Below, piece by piece: positions 28,946-43,009 of a stretch of DNA of 64,000 nucleotides. Position 1 is the first letter of the stretch. Each line of letters begins with the position of its first letter. Origin of the DNA: the human T2T-CHM13v2.0 reference genome, Homo sapiens. The DNA lies in NCBI RefSeq assembly GCF_009914755.1, contig NC_060948.1, one strand, 5' to 3'. Both the position numbers and the translations under genes were made by a program. The notes beneath the pieces are model-generated. The model was not told the origin of the DNA and did no database searches. It was given only the letters and a program-made list of their open reading frames with translations.

Positions 28946-31900
28946 GGCCTGGAATAAAGTGGAATGCTACGGTCTCGAATGGAATAAAAATGTATGGAAT
29001 GGAATGCAATGAAACGGAATCGAATGTCATAGAATGTAATGGAATGCAAAAAAATGGACTCCAAAATCATTGACTGGAAAGGCTGGGTGTCGAAAGGAAT
29101 TGACTCCAATGGAATGGAATCGAATGGAATGGAAGTGAATAGAATCGAACTAAATCGAATGGAATGGAATTGATAGGAACGGAATGGAAAGGAATGCAAT
29201 GATTTGGCATGGAATGGAATCGAAAGGCATCGAATGGAATGGAATGGAATGCAATGGAATGGAATGTATTAGAATGTAATGAACATTAATGGAAAGTACT
29301 CGAATGGATTCGACTGGAATGGAATGTTCTGGAAGTGAATGGACTCCAATGGAATGGATTCGAAAGGAATGGAATCGAACGGAATGGAATTAAACGGAAA
29401 TGAATCAAATAGAATAGAACGGAATTGAATTGAATGGAATCGAATGCAATGGAATCTAATGAAACGGAAAGGAATGGAATGGAATGGGCTGGAATGGAAT
29501 GGAATCGAAACGAATGGAATGGAATCGAACTGAAGAGACTGGAATGGAATGCACTGGAATGGAAGGGAATGTAATGGAAGGTTCTCGAAAAAAATGGAAT
29601 CGAAAGGAATGGAATTGAATGGAACGGAATAGAGTCGAATGGAATTCAATGGAATGGAATGGACTAGAGTGAAATGGAATCGAACCACAAGGAATGGACA
29701 GGAATAGAATGGTCTCGAATTGAATGGAATCGTATGGAATGGCATCAAACGGAATGGAATGGACGGCCACGGAATGGAATGCACTCGAATGCAATGGAGT
29801 CGAAACTAATGGACTGGAATAGAATGGACTCGACTGGTACGGACTCCAATGGAATGGAATCGAATGGAAGGGAATCGAACGGAATGGACTCGAAGGGAAA
29901 AGACTGCAATGGAAAGGTCTCGAATGGAATGGAAATTAATGGAATGGAATGGAATCGAATGAAATGGAGTCAAAAGGAATGGAATCGAATGGCAAGAAAT
30001 CGAATGTAATGGAATCGCAAGGAATTGATGTGAACGGAACGGAATGGAATGGAATCCAAAGGAATGGAATAGAATGGAATGGAATCGAATGGAAAGGACT
30101 CGAATGGAAATCACTCGAATAGAATGCAATTTAATAAAATAGGATCAAATGTAATGGAATGGAATGGAAAGGAATCGAAACGAAAGGAATGGAGACAGAT
30201 GGAATGGAATGGAACAGAGAGCAATGGTATAGAATGGAATGGAATCATCTGGAATGGAATTGAATGGAATGGAATAATATGAAATGGAATGGAATGGAAT
30301 GGAATGCCCTTGAATTAAATGGACTGGAATGGAATGGACTCGAACAGAGTGGAATGGAAAGTGTTGAAATAGAATGGAATGGACTCGTTTGGAATGGTCT
30401 AGTATGCAATGCAATCGACTGGCAGGGAATCAAAAGGAATGTAATCGAATGGATTGGACTGGAATGCAATGGACTCGAATAGATTGGAAACGGAAAGCAA
30501 AGGAATGGAATGGAATAGTATGGAATGGAATGCAAAGGAATGGAGTGGAATAGACTAGAGTGGAATGGAATGGACTCGAAAGCAATGGACTGGAATGGAA
30601 CTTTCTTGAATGGACTGGAATCAAACGGAATGGAATGCAATGCAATCAAATGGCATGGAATAAAATAGAATGAAAGAGAATCAAATGGAATTGAATCGAA
30701 TGGAATCGAATGGATTGGAAAGGAATAGAATGGAATGGAATGGAATTGACTCAAATGGAATGGACTAGAATGGAATGGATTCGAATGGAAGGCAAAGGAA
30801 TGGAATCTATTGGAATGGACTGTAATGGAATGGAATGGAAGGGATTGTAATGGACTCGAATGGAATGGACTGCAGTAGAAAGGATTCGAATGGAATGAAA
30901 AAGAATTGAATGGAATAGAACAGAATGGAATCAAATCGAATGAAATGGAATGGAATAGAAAGGAATGGAATGAAATGGAATGGAAAGGATTCGAATGGAA
31001 TGCAATCGAATGGAATGAAATCGAATGGAATGGAATCGAACGGAATGGAATAAAATGGAAGAAAACTGGCAAGAAATGGAATCGAAATGAATGGAGTGTT
31101 ACGGAACGGACTCAAAAGGAATTGAATGTAATAGAATGGAGTGGAGTGGACTCGAATATAATGGACTAGAATGGAATGAAATCACATGGAATGGGAACGA
31201 ATGGAATGGAATGGAAAGGAATGGAATCGAATGGAAAGGAATCGAATGGAAGGGAATGAAATTGAATCAACAGGAATGGAAGGGAGTAGAATAGACGGTA
31301 ATGGAATGGACTCGAATAGAATGGACACGAATGCTCAAATTGAATGGACTCGAATGGAATGGCAACGAAAGGAAAGTCATCGAATGGAATTGAATCGTTG
31401 GAATGAAATCACATAGAATGGAGTGGAATCAAATGGAATTGAATCGAAAGGAAAAGAAGCGAATTGACTGAAATGAAATGGAATGGAATTGAATGGAAAG
31501 TAATGCAACGGAATAGAATGGAATGAAATTTCACGGAATGGAATCAAACTGAATGGAATCAAATCAATGGAATATAATCAAATGGAATGGAAAGGAATTG
31601 AATGGAGTAGATTGTATTGGATGGGATTGGAATGAAATGTACTGGAAAGGACTCGAATTTCATGAAACGGAATGGAATGTATTAGAACGGAATGGACTCG
31701 AATGGAATTGAATGTCACGGAATGGCATCAAATGGAATGGCATCAATTGGAATGGAATCGAATGCAATGGAATGCTATGGAATGGAATGGAATGCATTGG
31801 AATGGAATGTCCTCTAATGGAATGGATTCGAGTGGAATGGAATCGAATATAATGGAGTCTAATGAAATGGAATTGAAAGGAATGGGATCCAATACAATGG

Positions 31901-32443
31901 AATATACTGGAATGTAATGTAATGAACTCGAATGTAATTGACTGGAATGGAATGTACATGAGTGGAATGTAATCGAATGGAAAGTAATCCAATGGAATAG
32001 AATCTAATGCAATAAAATCGACTCAAATAGAGTAGAATGTAATGGAATGGAGTGCAGTGCAATGGAATGGAATGGAATGGGATGGAATGGTATGGAATGG
32101 ATAGTAATGGACTGGAGTGAAATGGACTGGAAAATAATGGACTCAAATTGAAAGGGCTCGAAAGGAATGGAGTCAAATGGAATGGTCTGGAATGGAATGA
32201 ACACGAATGTAATGCAATCCAATAGAATGGAATCGAATGGCATGGAATATAAAGAAATGGAATCGAAGAGAATGGAAACAAATGGAATGGAATTGAATGG
32301 AATGGAATTGAATGGAATGGGAACGAATGGAGTGAAATTGTATGCAGTAGAAGAGAATAGAATGGAATGCAAGCGAAAGGAAAGGAATGGATTGGAATGG
32401 AATGGAATTCATTGGAATGGAAGGGAATGTAGTGTAATGGACA
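28946..32443 (-). repeat. DYZ1 monomer U9 (3498 bp)
   Basis: HaeIII 28946 to 32444. Extra HaeIII site at 29765. Confidence 0.92.
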
Positions 32444-35400
32444 GGCCTGTAATAAAGTGGAATGCTACGGTCTCGAATGGAATAAAAATGTATGGAATGG
32501 AATGCAATGAAACGGAATCGAATGTCATAGAAGTAATGGAATGCAAAAAAATGGACTCCAAAATCATTGACTGGAAAGGCTGGGTGTCGAAAGGAATTTA
32601 CTCCAATGGAATGGAATCGAATGGAATGGAAGTGAATAGAATCGAACTAAATCGAATGGAATGGAATTGATAGGAACGGAATGGAAAGGAATGCAATGAT
32701 TTCGCATGGAATGGAATCGAATGGCATCGAATGGAATGGAATGGAATGCAATGGAATGGAATGTATTAAAATGTAATGAACTTTAATGGAATGTACTCGA
32801 ATGGATTCGACTGGAATGGAATGTTCTCGAAGTGAATGGACTCCAATGGAATGGATTCGAAAGGAATGGAATCTAATGGAATGGAATTAAATGGAAATGA
32901 ATCAAATTGAATAGAACGGAATTGAATTGAATGGAATCGAATGCAATGGAATCTAATGAAACGGAAAGGAAAGGAATGGAATGGAATGGAATGGAATGGG
33001 CTGGAATGGAATGGAATCGAAACGAATGGAATGGAATCGAACTGAAGAGACTGGAATGGAATACACTGGAATGGAAGGGAATGTAATGGAAGGTTCTCGA
33101 AAAAATGTAATTGAAAGGAATGGAATTGAGTGGAACGGAATAGAGTCGAATGGAATTCAATGGAATGGAATGGACTAGAGTGAAATGGAATCGAACCACA
33201 AGGAATGGACAGGAATAGAATGGTCTCGAATTGAATGGAATCGTATGGAATGGCATCAAACGGAATGGAATGGACAGCCACGGAATGGAATGCACTCGAA
33301 TGCAATGGAGTCGAAACTAATGGACTGGAATAGAATGGACTCGACTGGTACGGACTCCAATGGAATGGAATCGAATGGAAGGGAATCGAACGGAATGGAC
33401 TCGAAGGGAAAAGACTGCAATGGAAAGGTCTCGAATGGAATGGAAATTAATGGAATGGAATGGAATCGAATGAAATGGAGTCAAAAGGAATGGAATCGAA
33501 TGGCAAGAAATCGGATGTAATGGAATCGCAAGGAATTGATGTGAACGGAACGGAATGGAATGGAATCCAAAGGAATGGAATAGAATGGAATGGAATCGAA
33601 TGGAAAGGACTCGAATGGAAATCACTCGAATAGAATGCAATTTAATAAAATAGGATCAAATGTAATGGAATGGAATGGAAAGGAATCGAAACGAAAGGAA
33701 TGGAGACAGATGGAATGGAATGGAACAGAGAGCAATGGTATAGAATGGAATGGAATCATCTGGAATGGAATTGAATGGAATGGAATAACATGAAATGGAC
33801 TGGAATGGAATGGAATGCCCTTGAATTAAATGGACTGGAATGGAATGGACTCGAACAGAGTGGAATGGAAAGTGTTGAAATAGAATGGAATGGACTCGTT
33901 TGGAATGGTCTAGTATGCAATGCAATCGACTGGCAGGGAATCAAAAGGAATGTAATCGAATGGATTGGACTGGAATGCAATGGACTCGAATAGATTGGAA
34001 ACGGAATGCAAAGGAATGGAATGGAATAGTATGGAATGGAATGGAAAGGAATGGAGTGGAATAGACTAGAGTGGAATGGAATGGACTCGAAAGCAATGGA
34101 CTGGAATGGAACTTTCTTGAATGGACTGGAATCAAACGGAATGGAATGTAATGCAATCAAATGGCATGGAATAAAATAGAATGAAAGAGAATCAAATGGA
34201 ATTGAATCGAATGGAATCGAATGGATTGGAAAGGAATAGAATGGAATGGAATGGAATTGACTCAAATGGAATGGACTAGAATGGAATGGATTCGAATGGA
34301 AGGCAAAGGAATGGAATCTATTGGAATGGACTGTAATGGAATGGAATGGAAGGGATTGGAATGGACTCGAATGGAATGGACTGCAATAGAAAGGATTCGA
34401 ATGGAATGAAAAAGAATTGAATGGAATAGAACAGAATGGAATCAAATCGAATGAAATGGAATGGAATAGAAAGGAATGGAATGAAATGGAATGGAAAGGA
34501 TTCGAATGGAATGCAATCGAATGGACTGGAATCGAACGGAATGGAATAAAATGGAAGAAAACTGGCAAGAAATGGAATCGAAATGAATGGAGTGTTATGG
34601 AACGGACTCAAAAGGAATTGAATGTAATAGAATGGAGTGGAGTGGACTCCAATATAATAGACTGGAATGAAATGAAATCACATGGAATGGGAACGAATGG
34701 AATGGAATGGAAAGGAATGGAATCGAATGGAAAGGAATCGAATGGAAGGGAATGAAATTGAATCAACAGGAATGGAAAGGAGTAGAATAGACGGTAATGG
34801 AATGGGCTCGAATAGAATGGACACGAATGCTCAAATTAAATGGACTCGAATGGAATGGAAACGAAAGGAATGTCATCGAATGGAATTGAATCGATTGGAA
34901 TGAAATCACATAGAATGGAGTGGAATCAAATGGAATTGAATCGAAAGGAAAGGAAGCGAATGGACTGAAATGAAATGGAATGGAATTGAATGGAAATTAA
35001 TGCAATGGAATAGAATGGAAAGAAATTTCACGGAATGGAATCAAACTGAATGGAATCAAATCAATGGAATATAATCAAATGGAATGGAAAGGAATTGAAT
35101 GGAGTAGATTGGATTGGATGGGATTGGAATGAAATGTACTGGAAAGGACTCGAATTTCATGAAACGGAATGGAATGAATTAGAACGGAATGGACTCGAAT
35201 GGAATGGAATATCACGGAATGGCATCAAATGGAATGGCATCAATTGGAATGGAATCGAATGCAATGGAATGCTATGGAATGGAATGGAATGCATTGGAAT
35301 GGAATGTCCTCTAATGGAATGGATTCGAGTGGAATGGAATCGAATATAATGGAGTCTAATGAAATGGAATTGAAAGGAATGGGATCCAATACAATGGAAT

Positions 35401-35980
35401 ATACTGGAATGTAATGTAATGAACTCGAATGTAATTGACTGGAATGGAATGTACATGAATGGAATGTAATCGAATGGAAAGTAATCCAATGGAATAGAAT
35501 CTAATGCAATAAAATCGACTCAAGTAGAGTAGAATATAATGGAATGGAGTGCAGTGCAATGGAATGGAATGGAATGGAATGCAATGGAATGGAATGGAAT
35601 GGAATGGAATGGAATGTGATGGAATGGTATGGAATGGATAGTAATGGACTGGAGTGAAATGGACTGGAAAGGAATGGACTCAAATTGAAAGGGCTCGAAA
35701 GGAATGGAGTCAAATGGAATGGTCTGGAATGGAATGAACACGAATGTAATGCAATCCAATAGAATGGAATCGAATGGCATGGAATATAAAGAAATGGAAT
35801 CGAAGAGAATGGAAACAAATGGAATGGAATTGAATGGAATGGAATTGAATGGAATGGGAACGAATGGAGTGAAATTGTATGCAGTAGAAGAGAATAGAAT
35901 GGAATGCAAGCGAAAGGAAAGGAATGGATTGGAATGGAATGGAATTCATTGGAATGGAAGGGAATGTAGTGTAATGGACA
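32444..35980 (-). repeat. DYZ1 monomer U10 (3537 bp)
   Basis: HaeIII 32444 to 35981. Same class as U6. Confidence 0.92.
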
Positions 35981-38900
35981 GGCCTGGAATAAAGTGGAAT
36001 GCTACGGTCTCGAATGGAATAAAAATGTATGGAATGGAATGCAATGAAACGGAATCGAATGTCATAGAATGTAATGGAATGCAAAAAAAATGGAATCCAA
36101 AATCATTGACTGGAAAGGCTGGGTGTCGAAAGGAATTGACTCCAATGGAATGGAATCGAATGGCATGGAAGTGAATAGAATGGAACTAAATCGAATGGAA
36201 TGGAATTGATAGGAACGGAATGGAAAGGAATGCAATGATTTGGCATGGAATGGAATCGAATGGCATCGAATGGAATGGAATGGAATGCAATGGAATGGAA
36301 TGTATTAGAATGTAATGAACTTTAATGGAATGTACTCGAATGGATTCGACTGGAATGGAATGTTCTCGAAGTGAATGGACTCCAATGGAATGGATTCGAA
36401 AGGAATGGAATCTAATGGAATGGAATTAAATGGAAATGAATCAAATTGAATAGAACGGAATTGAATTGAATGGAATCGAATGCAATGGAATCTAAAGAAA
36501 AGGAAAGGAAAGGAATGGAATGGATTGGAATGGAATGGGCTGGAATGGAATGGAATCGAAACGAATGGAATGGAATCGAACTGAAGAGACTGGAATGGAA
36601 TGCACTGGAATGGAAGGGAATGTAATGGAAGGTTCTCAAGAAAAATGGAATCGAAAGGAATGGAATTGAGTGGAACGGAATAGAGTCGAATGGAATTCAA
36701 TGGAATGGAATGGACTAGAGTGAAATGGAATCGAACCACAAGGAATGGACAGGAATAGAATGGTCTCGAATTGAATGGAATCGTATGGAATGGCATCAAA
36801 CGGAATGGAATGGACAGCCACGGAATGGAATGCACTCGAATGCAATGGAGTCGACACTAACGGAGTGGAATAGAATGGACTCGACTGGTACGGACTCCAA
36901 TGGAATGGAATCGAATGGAAGGGTATCGAACGGAATGGACTCGAAGGGAAAAGACTGCAATGGAAAGGTCTCGAATGGAATGGAAATTAATGGAATGGAA
37001 TGGAATCGAATGAAATGGAGTCAAAAGGAATGGAATCGAATGGCAAGAAATCGAATGTAATGGAATCGCAAGGAATTGAAGTGAACGGAACGGAATGCAA
37101 TGGAATCCAAAGGAATGGAATAGAATGGAATGGAATCGAATGGAAAGGACTCGAATGGAAATCACTCGAATAGAATGCAATTTAATAAAATAGGATCAAA
37201 TGTAATGGAATGGAATGGAAAGGAATCGAAACGAAAGGAATGGAGACAGATGGAATGGAATGGAACAGAGAGCAATGGTATAGAATGGAATGGAATCATC
37301 TGGAATGGAATTGAATGGAATGGAATAATATGAAATGGAATGGAATGGAATGGAATGCCCTTGAATTAAATGGACTGGAATGGAATGGACTCGAACAGAG
37401 TGGAATGGAAAGTGTTGAAATAGAATGGAATGGACTCGTTTGGAATGGTCTAGTATGCAATGCAATCGACTGGCAGGGAATCAAAAGGAATGTAATCGAA
37501 TGGATTGGACTGGAATGCAATGGACTCGAATAGATTGGAAACGGAAAGCAAAGGAATGGAATGGAATAGTATGGAATGGAATGGAAAGGAATGGAGTGGA
37601 ATAGACTAGAGTGGAATGGAATGGACTGGAAAGCAATGGACTGGAAAGGAACTTTCTTGAATGGACTGGAATCAAACGGAATGGAATGCAATGCAATCAA
37701 ATGGCATGGAATAAAATAGAATGAAAGAGAATCAAATGGAATTGAATCGAATGGAATCGAATGGATTGGATAGGAATAGAATGGAATGGAACGGAATTGA
37801 CTCAAATGGAATGGACTAGAATGGAATGGATTCGAATGGAAGGCAAATGAATGGAATCTATTGGAATGGACTGTAATGGAATGGAATGGAAGGGATTGGA
37901 ATGGACTCGAATGGAATGGACTGCAATAGAAAGGATTCGAATGGAATGAAAAAGAATTGAATGGAATAGAACAGAATGGAATCAAATCGAATGAAATGGA
38001 ATGGAATAGAAAGGAATGGAATGAAATGGAATGGAAAGGATTCGAATGGAATGCAATCGAATGGAATGGAATCGAACGGAATGGAATAAAATGGAAGAAA
38101 ACTGGCAAGAAATGGAATCGAAATGAATGGAGTGTTATGGAACGGACTCAAAAGGAATTGAATGTAATAGAATGGAGTGGAGTGGACTCGAATATAATGG
38201 ACTGGAATGGAATGAAATCACATGGAATGGGAACGAATGGAATGGAATGGAAAGGAATGGAATCGAATGGAAAGGAATCGAACGGAAGGGAATGAAATTG
38301 AATCAACAGGAATGGAAGGGAGTAGAATAGACGGTAATGGAATGGACTCGAATAGAATGGACACGAATGCTCAAATTGAATGGACTCGAATGGAATGGAA
38401 ACGAAAGGAATGTCATCGAATGGAATTGAATCGATTGGAATGAAATCGCAAAGAATGGAGTGGAATCAAATGGAATTGAATCGAAAGGAAAGGAAGCGAA
38501 TGGACTGAAATGAAATGGAATGGAATTGAATGGAAAGTAATGCAATGGAATAGAATGCAACGAAATTTCACGGAATGGAATCAAACTGAATGGAATCAAA
38601 TCAATGGAATATAATCAAATGGAATGGAAAGGAATTGAATGGAGTAGATTGGATTGGATGGGATTGGAATGAAATGTACTGGAAAGGACTCGAAATTCAT
38701 GAAACGGAATGGAATGAACTGGAACGGAATGGAATCGAATGGAATGGAATGTCATGGAATGGCATCAAATGGAATGGAATCGAATGCGATGGAATGCTAT
38801 GGAATGGAATGGAATGCATAGGAATGGAATGTCCTCTAATGGAATGTATTCGAGTGGAATGGAATCGAATATAATGGAGTCTAATGAAATGGAATTGAAA

Positions 38901-39495
38901 GGAATGGGACCGAATACAATGGAATAAACTGGAATGTAATGTAATGAACTCGAATGTAATTGACTGGAATGGAATGTACATGAATGGAATGTAATCGAAT
39001 GGAAAGCAATCCAATGGAATAGAATCTAATGCAATAAAATCGACTCAAATAGAGTAGAATGTAATGGAATGGAGTGCAGTGCAATGGAATGGAATGGAAT
39101 GCAACGGAATGGAATGGAATGGAATGGAATGGGATGGAATGGTATGGAATGGATAGTAATGGACTGGAGTGAAATGGACTGGAAAAGAATGGACTCAAAT
39201 TGAAAGGGCTCGAAAGGAATGGAGTCAAATGGAATGGTCTGGAATGGAATGAACACGAATGTAATGCAATCCAATAGAATGGAATCGAATGGCATGGAAT
39301 ATAAAGAAATGGAATCGAAGAGAATGGAAACAAATGGAATGGAATTGAATGGAATGGAATTGAATGGAATGGGAACGAATGGAGTGAAATTGTATGCAGT
39401 AGAAGAGAATAGAATGGAATGCAAGCGAAAGGAAAGGAATGGATTGGAATGGAATGGAATTCATTGGAATGGAAGGGAATGTAGTGTAATGGACA
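35981..39495 (-). repeat. DYZ1 monomer U11 (3515 bp)
   Basis: HaeIII 35981 to 39496. Same class as U7/U8, with an A8 tract at 36083-36090. Confidence 0.92.
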
Positions 39496-42400
39496 GGCCT
39501 GGAATAAAGTGGAATGCTACGGTCTCGAATGGAATAAAAATGTATGGAATGGAATGCAATGAAACGGAATCGAATGTCATAGAATGTAATGGAATGCAAA
39601 AAAATGGACTCCAAAATCATTGACTGGAAAGGCTGGGTGTCGAAAGGAATTGACTCCAATGGAATGGAATCGAATGGAATGGAAGTGAATAGAATCGAAC
39701 TAAATCGAATGGAATGGAATTGATAGGAACGGAATGGAAAGGAATGCAATGATTTGGCATGGAATGGAATCGAAAGGCATCGAATGGAATGGAATGGAAT
39801 GCAATGGAATGGAATGTATTAGAATGTAATGAACATTAATGGAAAGTACTCGAATGGATTCGACTGGAATGGAATGTTCTGGAAGTGAATGGACTCCAAT
39901 GGAATGGATTCGAAAGGAATGGAATCGAACGGAATGGAATTAAACGGAAATGAATCAAATAGAATAGAACGGAATTGAATTGAATGGAATCGAATGCAAT
40001 GGAATCTAATGAAACGGAAAGGAATGGAATGGAATGGGCTGGAATGGAATGGAATCGAAACGAATGGAATGGAATCGAACTGAAGAGACTGGAATGGAAT
40101 GCACTGGAATGGAAGGGAATGTAATGGAAGGTTCTCGAAAAAAATGGAATCGAAAGGAATGGAATTGAATGGAACGGAATAGAGTCGAATGGAATTCAAT
40201 GGAATGGAATGGACTAGAGTGAAATGGAATCGAACCACAAGGAATGGACAGGAATAGAATGGTCTCGAATTGAATGGAATCGTATGGAATGGCATCAAAC
40301 GGAATGGAATGGACGGCCACGGAATGGAATGCACTCGAATGCAATGGAGTCGAAACTAATGGACTGGAATAGAATGGACTCGACTGGTACGGACTCCAAT
40401 GGAATGGAATCGAATGGAAGGGAATCGAACGGAAGGGAATCGAACGGAATGGACTCGAAGGGAAAAGACTGCAATGGAAAGGTCTCGAATGGAATGGAAA
40501 TTAATGGAATGGAATGGAATCGAATGAAATGGAGTCAAAAGGAATGGAATCAAATGGCAAGAAATCGAATGTAATGGAATCGCAAGGAATTGATGTGAAC
40601 GGAACGGAATGGAATGGAATCCAAAGGAATGGAATAGAATGGAATGGAATCGAATGGAAAGGACTCGAATGGAAATCACTCGAATAGAATGCAATTTAAT
40701 AAAATAGGATCAAATGTAATGGAATGGAATGGAAAGGAATCGAAACGAAAGGAATGGAGACAGATGGAATGGAATGGAACAGAGAGCAATGGTATAGAAT
40801 GGAATGGAATCATCTGGAATGGAATTGAATGGAATGGAATAATATGAAATGGAATGGAATGGAATGGAATGTCCTTGAATTAAATGGACTGGAATGGAAT
40901 GGACTCGAACAGAGTGGAATGGAAAGTGTTGAAATAGCATGGAATGGACTCGTTTGGAATGGTGTAGTATGCAATGCAATCGACTGGCAGGGAATCAAAA
41001 GGAATGTAATCGAATGGATTGGACTGGAATGCAATGGACTCGAATAGATTGGAAACGGAATGCAAAGGAATGGAATGGAATAGTATGGAATGGAATGGAA
41101 AGGAATGGAGTGGAATAGACTAGAGTGGAATGGAGTGGACTCGAAAGCTATGGACTGGAATGGAACTTTCTTGAATGGACTGGAATCAAACGGAATGGAA
41201 TGCAATGCAATCAAATGGCATGGAATAAAATGGAATGAAAGAGAATCAAACGGAATTGAATCGAATGGAATCGAATGGATTGGAAAGGAATAGAATGGAA
41301 TGGAATGGAATTGACTCAAATGGAATGGACTAGAATGGAATGGATTCGAATGGAAGGCAAAGGAATGGAATCTATTGGAATGGACTGTAATGGAATGGAA
41401 TGGAAGGGATTGGAATGGACTCGAATGGAATGGACTGCAATAGAAAGGATTCGAATGGAATGAAAAAGAATTGAATGGAATAGAACAGAATGGAATCAAA
41501 CCTCATGAAATAGAATGGAATAGAAAGGAATGGAATGAAATCGAATGGAAAGGATTCGAATGGAATGCAATCGAATGGAATGCAATCGAATGGAATGGAA
41601 TCGAACGGAATGGAATAAAATGGAAGAAAACTGGCAAGAAATGGAATCGAAATGAATGGAGTGTTAAGGAACGGACTCAAAAGGAATTGAATGTAATAGA
41701 ATGGAGTGGAGTGGACTCGAATATAATGGACTGGAATGGAATGAAATCACATGGAATGGGAACGAATGGAATGGAATGGAAAGGAATGGAATCGAATGGA
41801 AAGGAATCGAATGGAAGGGAATGAAATTGAATCAACAGGAATGGAAGGGAATAGAATAGACGGTAATGGAATGGACTCGAATAGAATGGACACGAATGCT
41901 CAAATTGAATGGACTCGAATGGAATGGAAATGAAAGGAATGTCATCGAATGCAATTCAATCGATTGGAATGAAATCGCATAGGATGGAGTGGAATCAAAT
42001 GGAATTGAATCGAAAGGAAAAGAAGCGAATTGACTGAAATGAAATGGAATGGAATTGAATGGAAAGTAATGCAACGGAATAGAATGGATTGAAATTTCAC
42101 GGAATGGAATCAAACTGAATGGAATCAAATCAATGGAATATAATCAAATGGAATGGAAAGGAATTGAATGGAGTAGATTGTATTGGATGGGATTGGAATG
42201 AAATGTACTGGAAAGGACTCGAATTTCATGAAACGGAATGGAATGTATTAGAACGGAATGGACTCGAATGGAATTGAATGTCACGGAATGGCATCAAATG
42301 GAATGGCATCAATTGGAATGGAATCGAATGCAATGGAATGCTATGGAATGGAATGGAATGCATTGGAATGGAATGTCCTCTAATGGAATGGATTCGAGTG

Positions 42401-43009
42401 GAATGGAATCGAATATAATGGAGTCTAATGAAATGGAATTGAAAGGAATGGGATCCAATACAATGGAATATACTGGAATGTAATGTAATGAACTCGAATG
42501 TAATTGACTGGAATGGAATGTACATGAGTGGAATGTAATCGAATGGAAAGTAATCCAATGGAATAGAATCTAATGCAATAAAATCGACTCAAATAGAGTA
42601 GAATGTAATGGAATGGAGTGCAGTGCAATGGAATGGAATGGAATGGGATGGAATGGTATGGAATGGATAGTAATGGACTGGAGTGAAATGGACTGGAAAA
42701 TAATGGACTCAAATTGAAAGGGCTCGAAAGGAATGGAGTCAAATGGAATGGTCTGGAATGGAATGAACACGAATGTAATGCAATCCAATAGAATGGAATC
42801 GAATGGCATGGAATATAAAGAAATGGAATCGAAGAGAATGGAAACAAATGGAATGGAATTGAATGGAATGGAATTGAATGGAATGGGAACGAATGGAGTG
42901 AAATTGTATGCAGTAGAAGAGAATAGAATGGAATGCAAGCGAAAGGAAAGGAATGGATTGGAATGGAATGGAATTCATTGGAATGGAAGGGAATGTAGTG
43001 TAATGGACA
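39496..43009 (-). repeat. DYZ1 monomer U12 (3514 bp)
   Basis: HaeIII 39496 to 43010. Extra HaeIII site at 40315. Confidence 0.92.

Noticed and set aside
36083-36090. A8 instead of A7, extending an ORF to 156 aa
   Set aside because: A singleton homopolymer length change, either sequencing error or trivial slippage. The ORF is spurious in any case.
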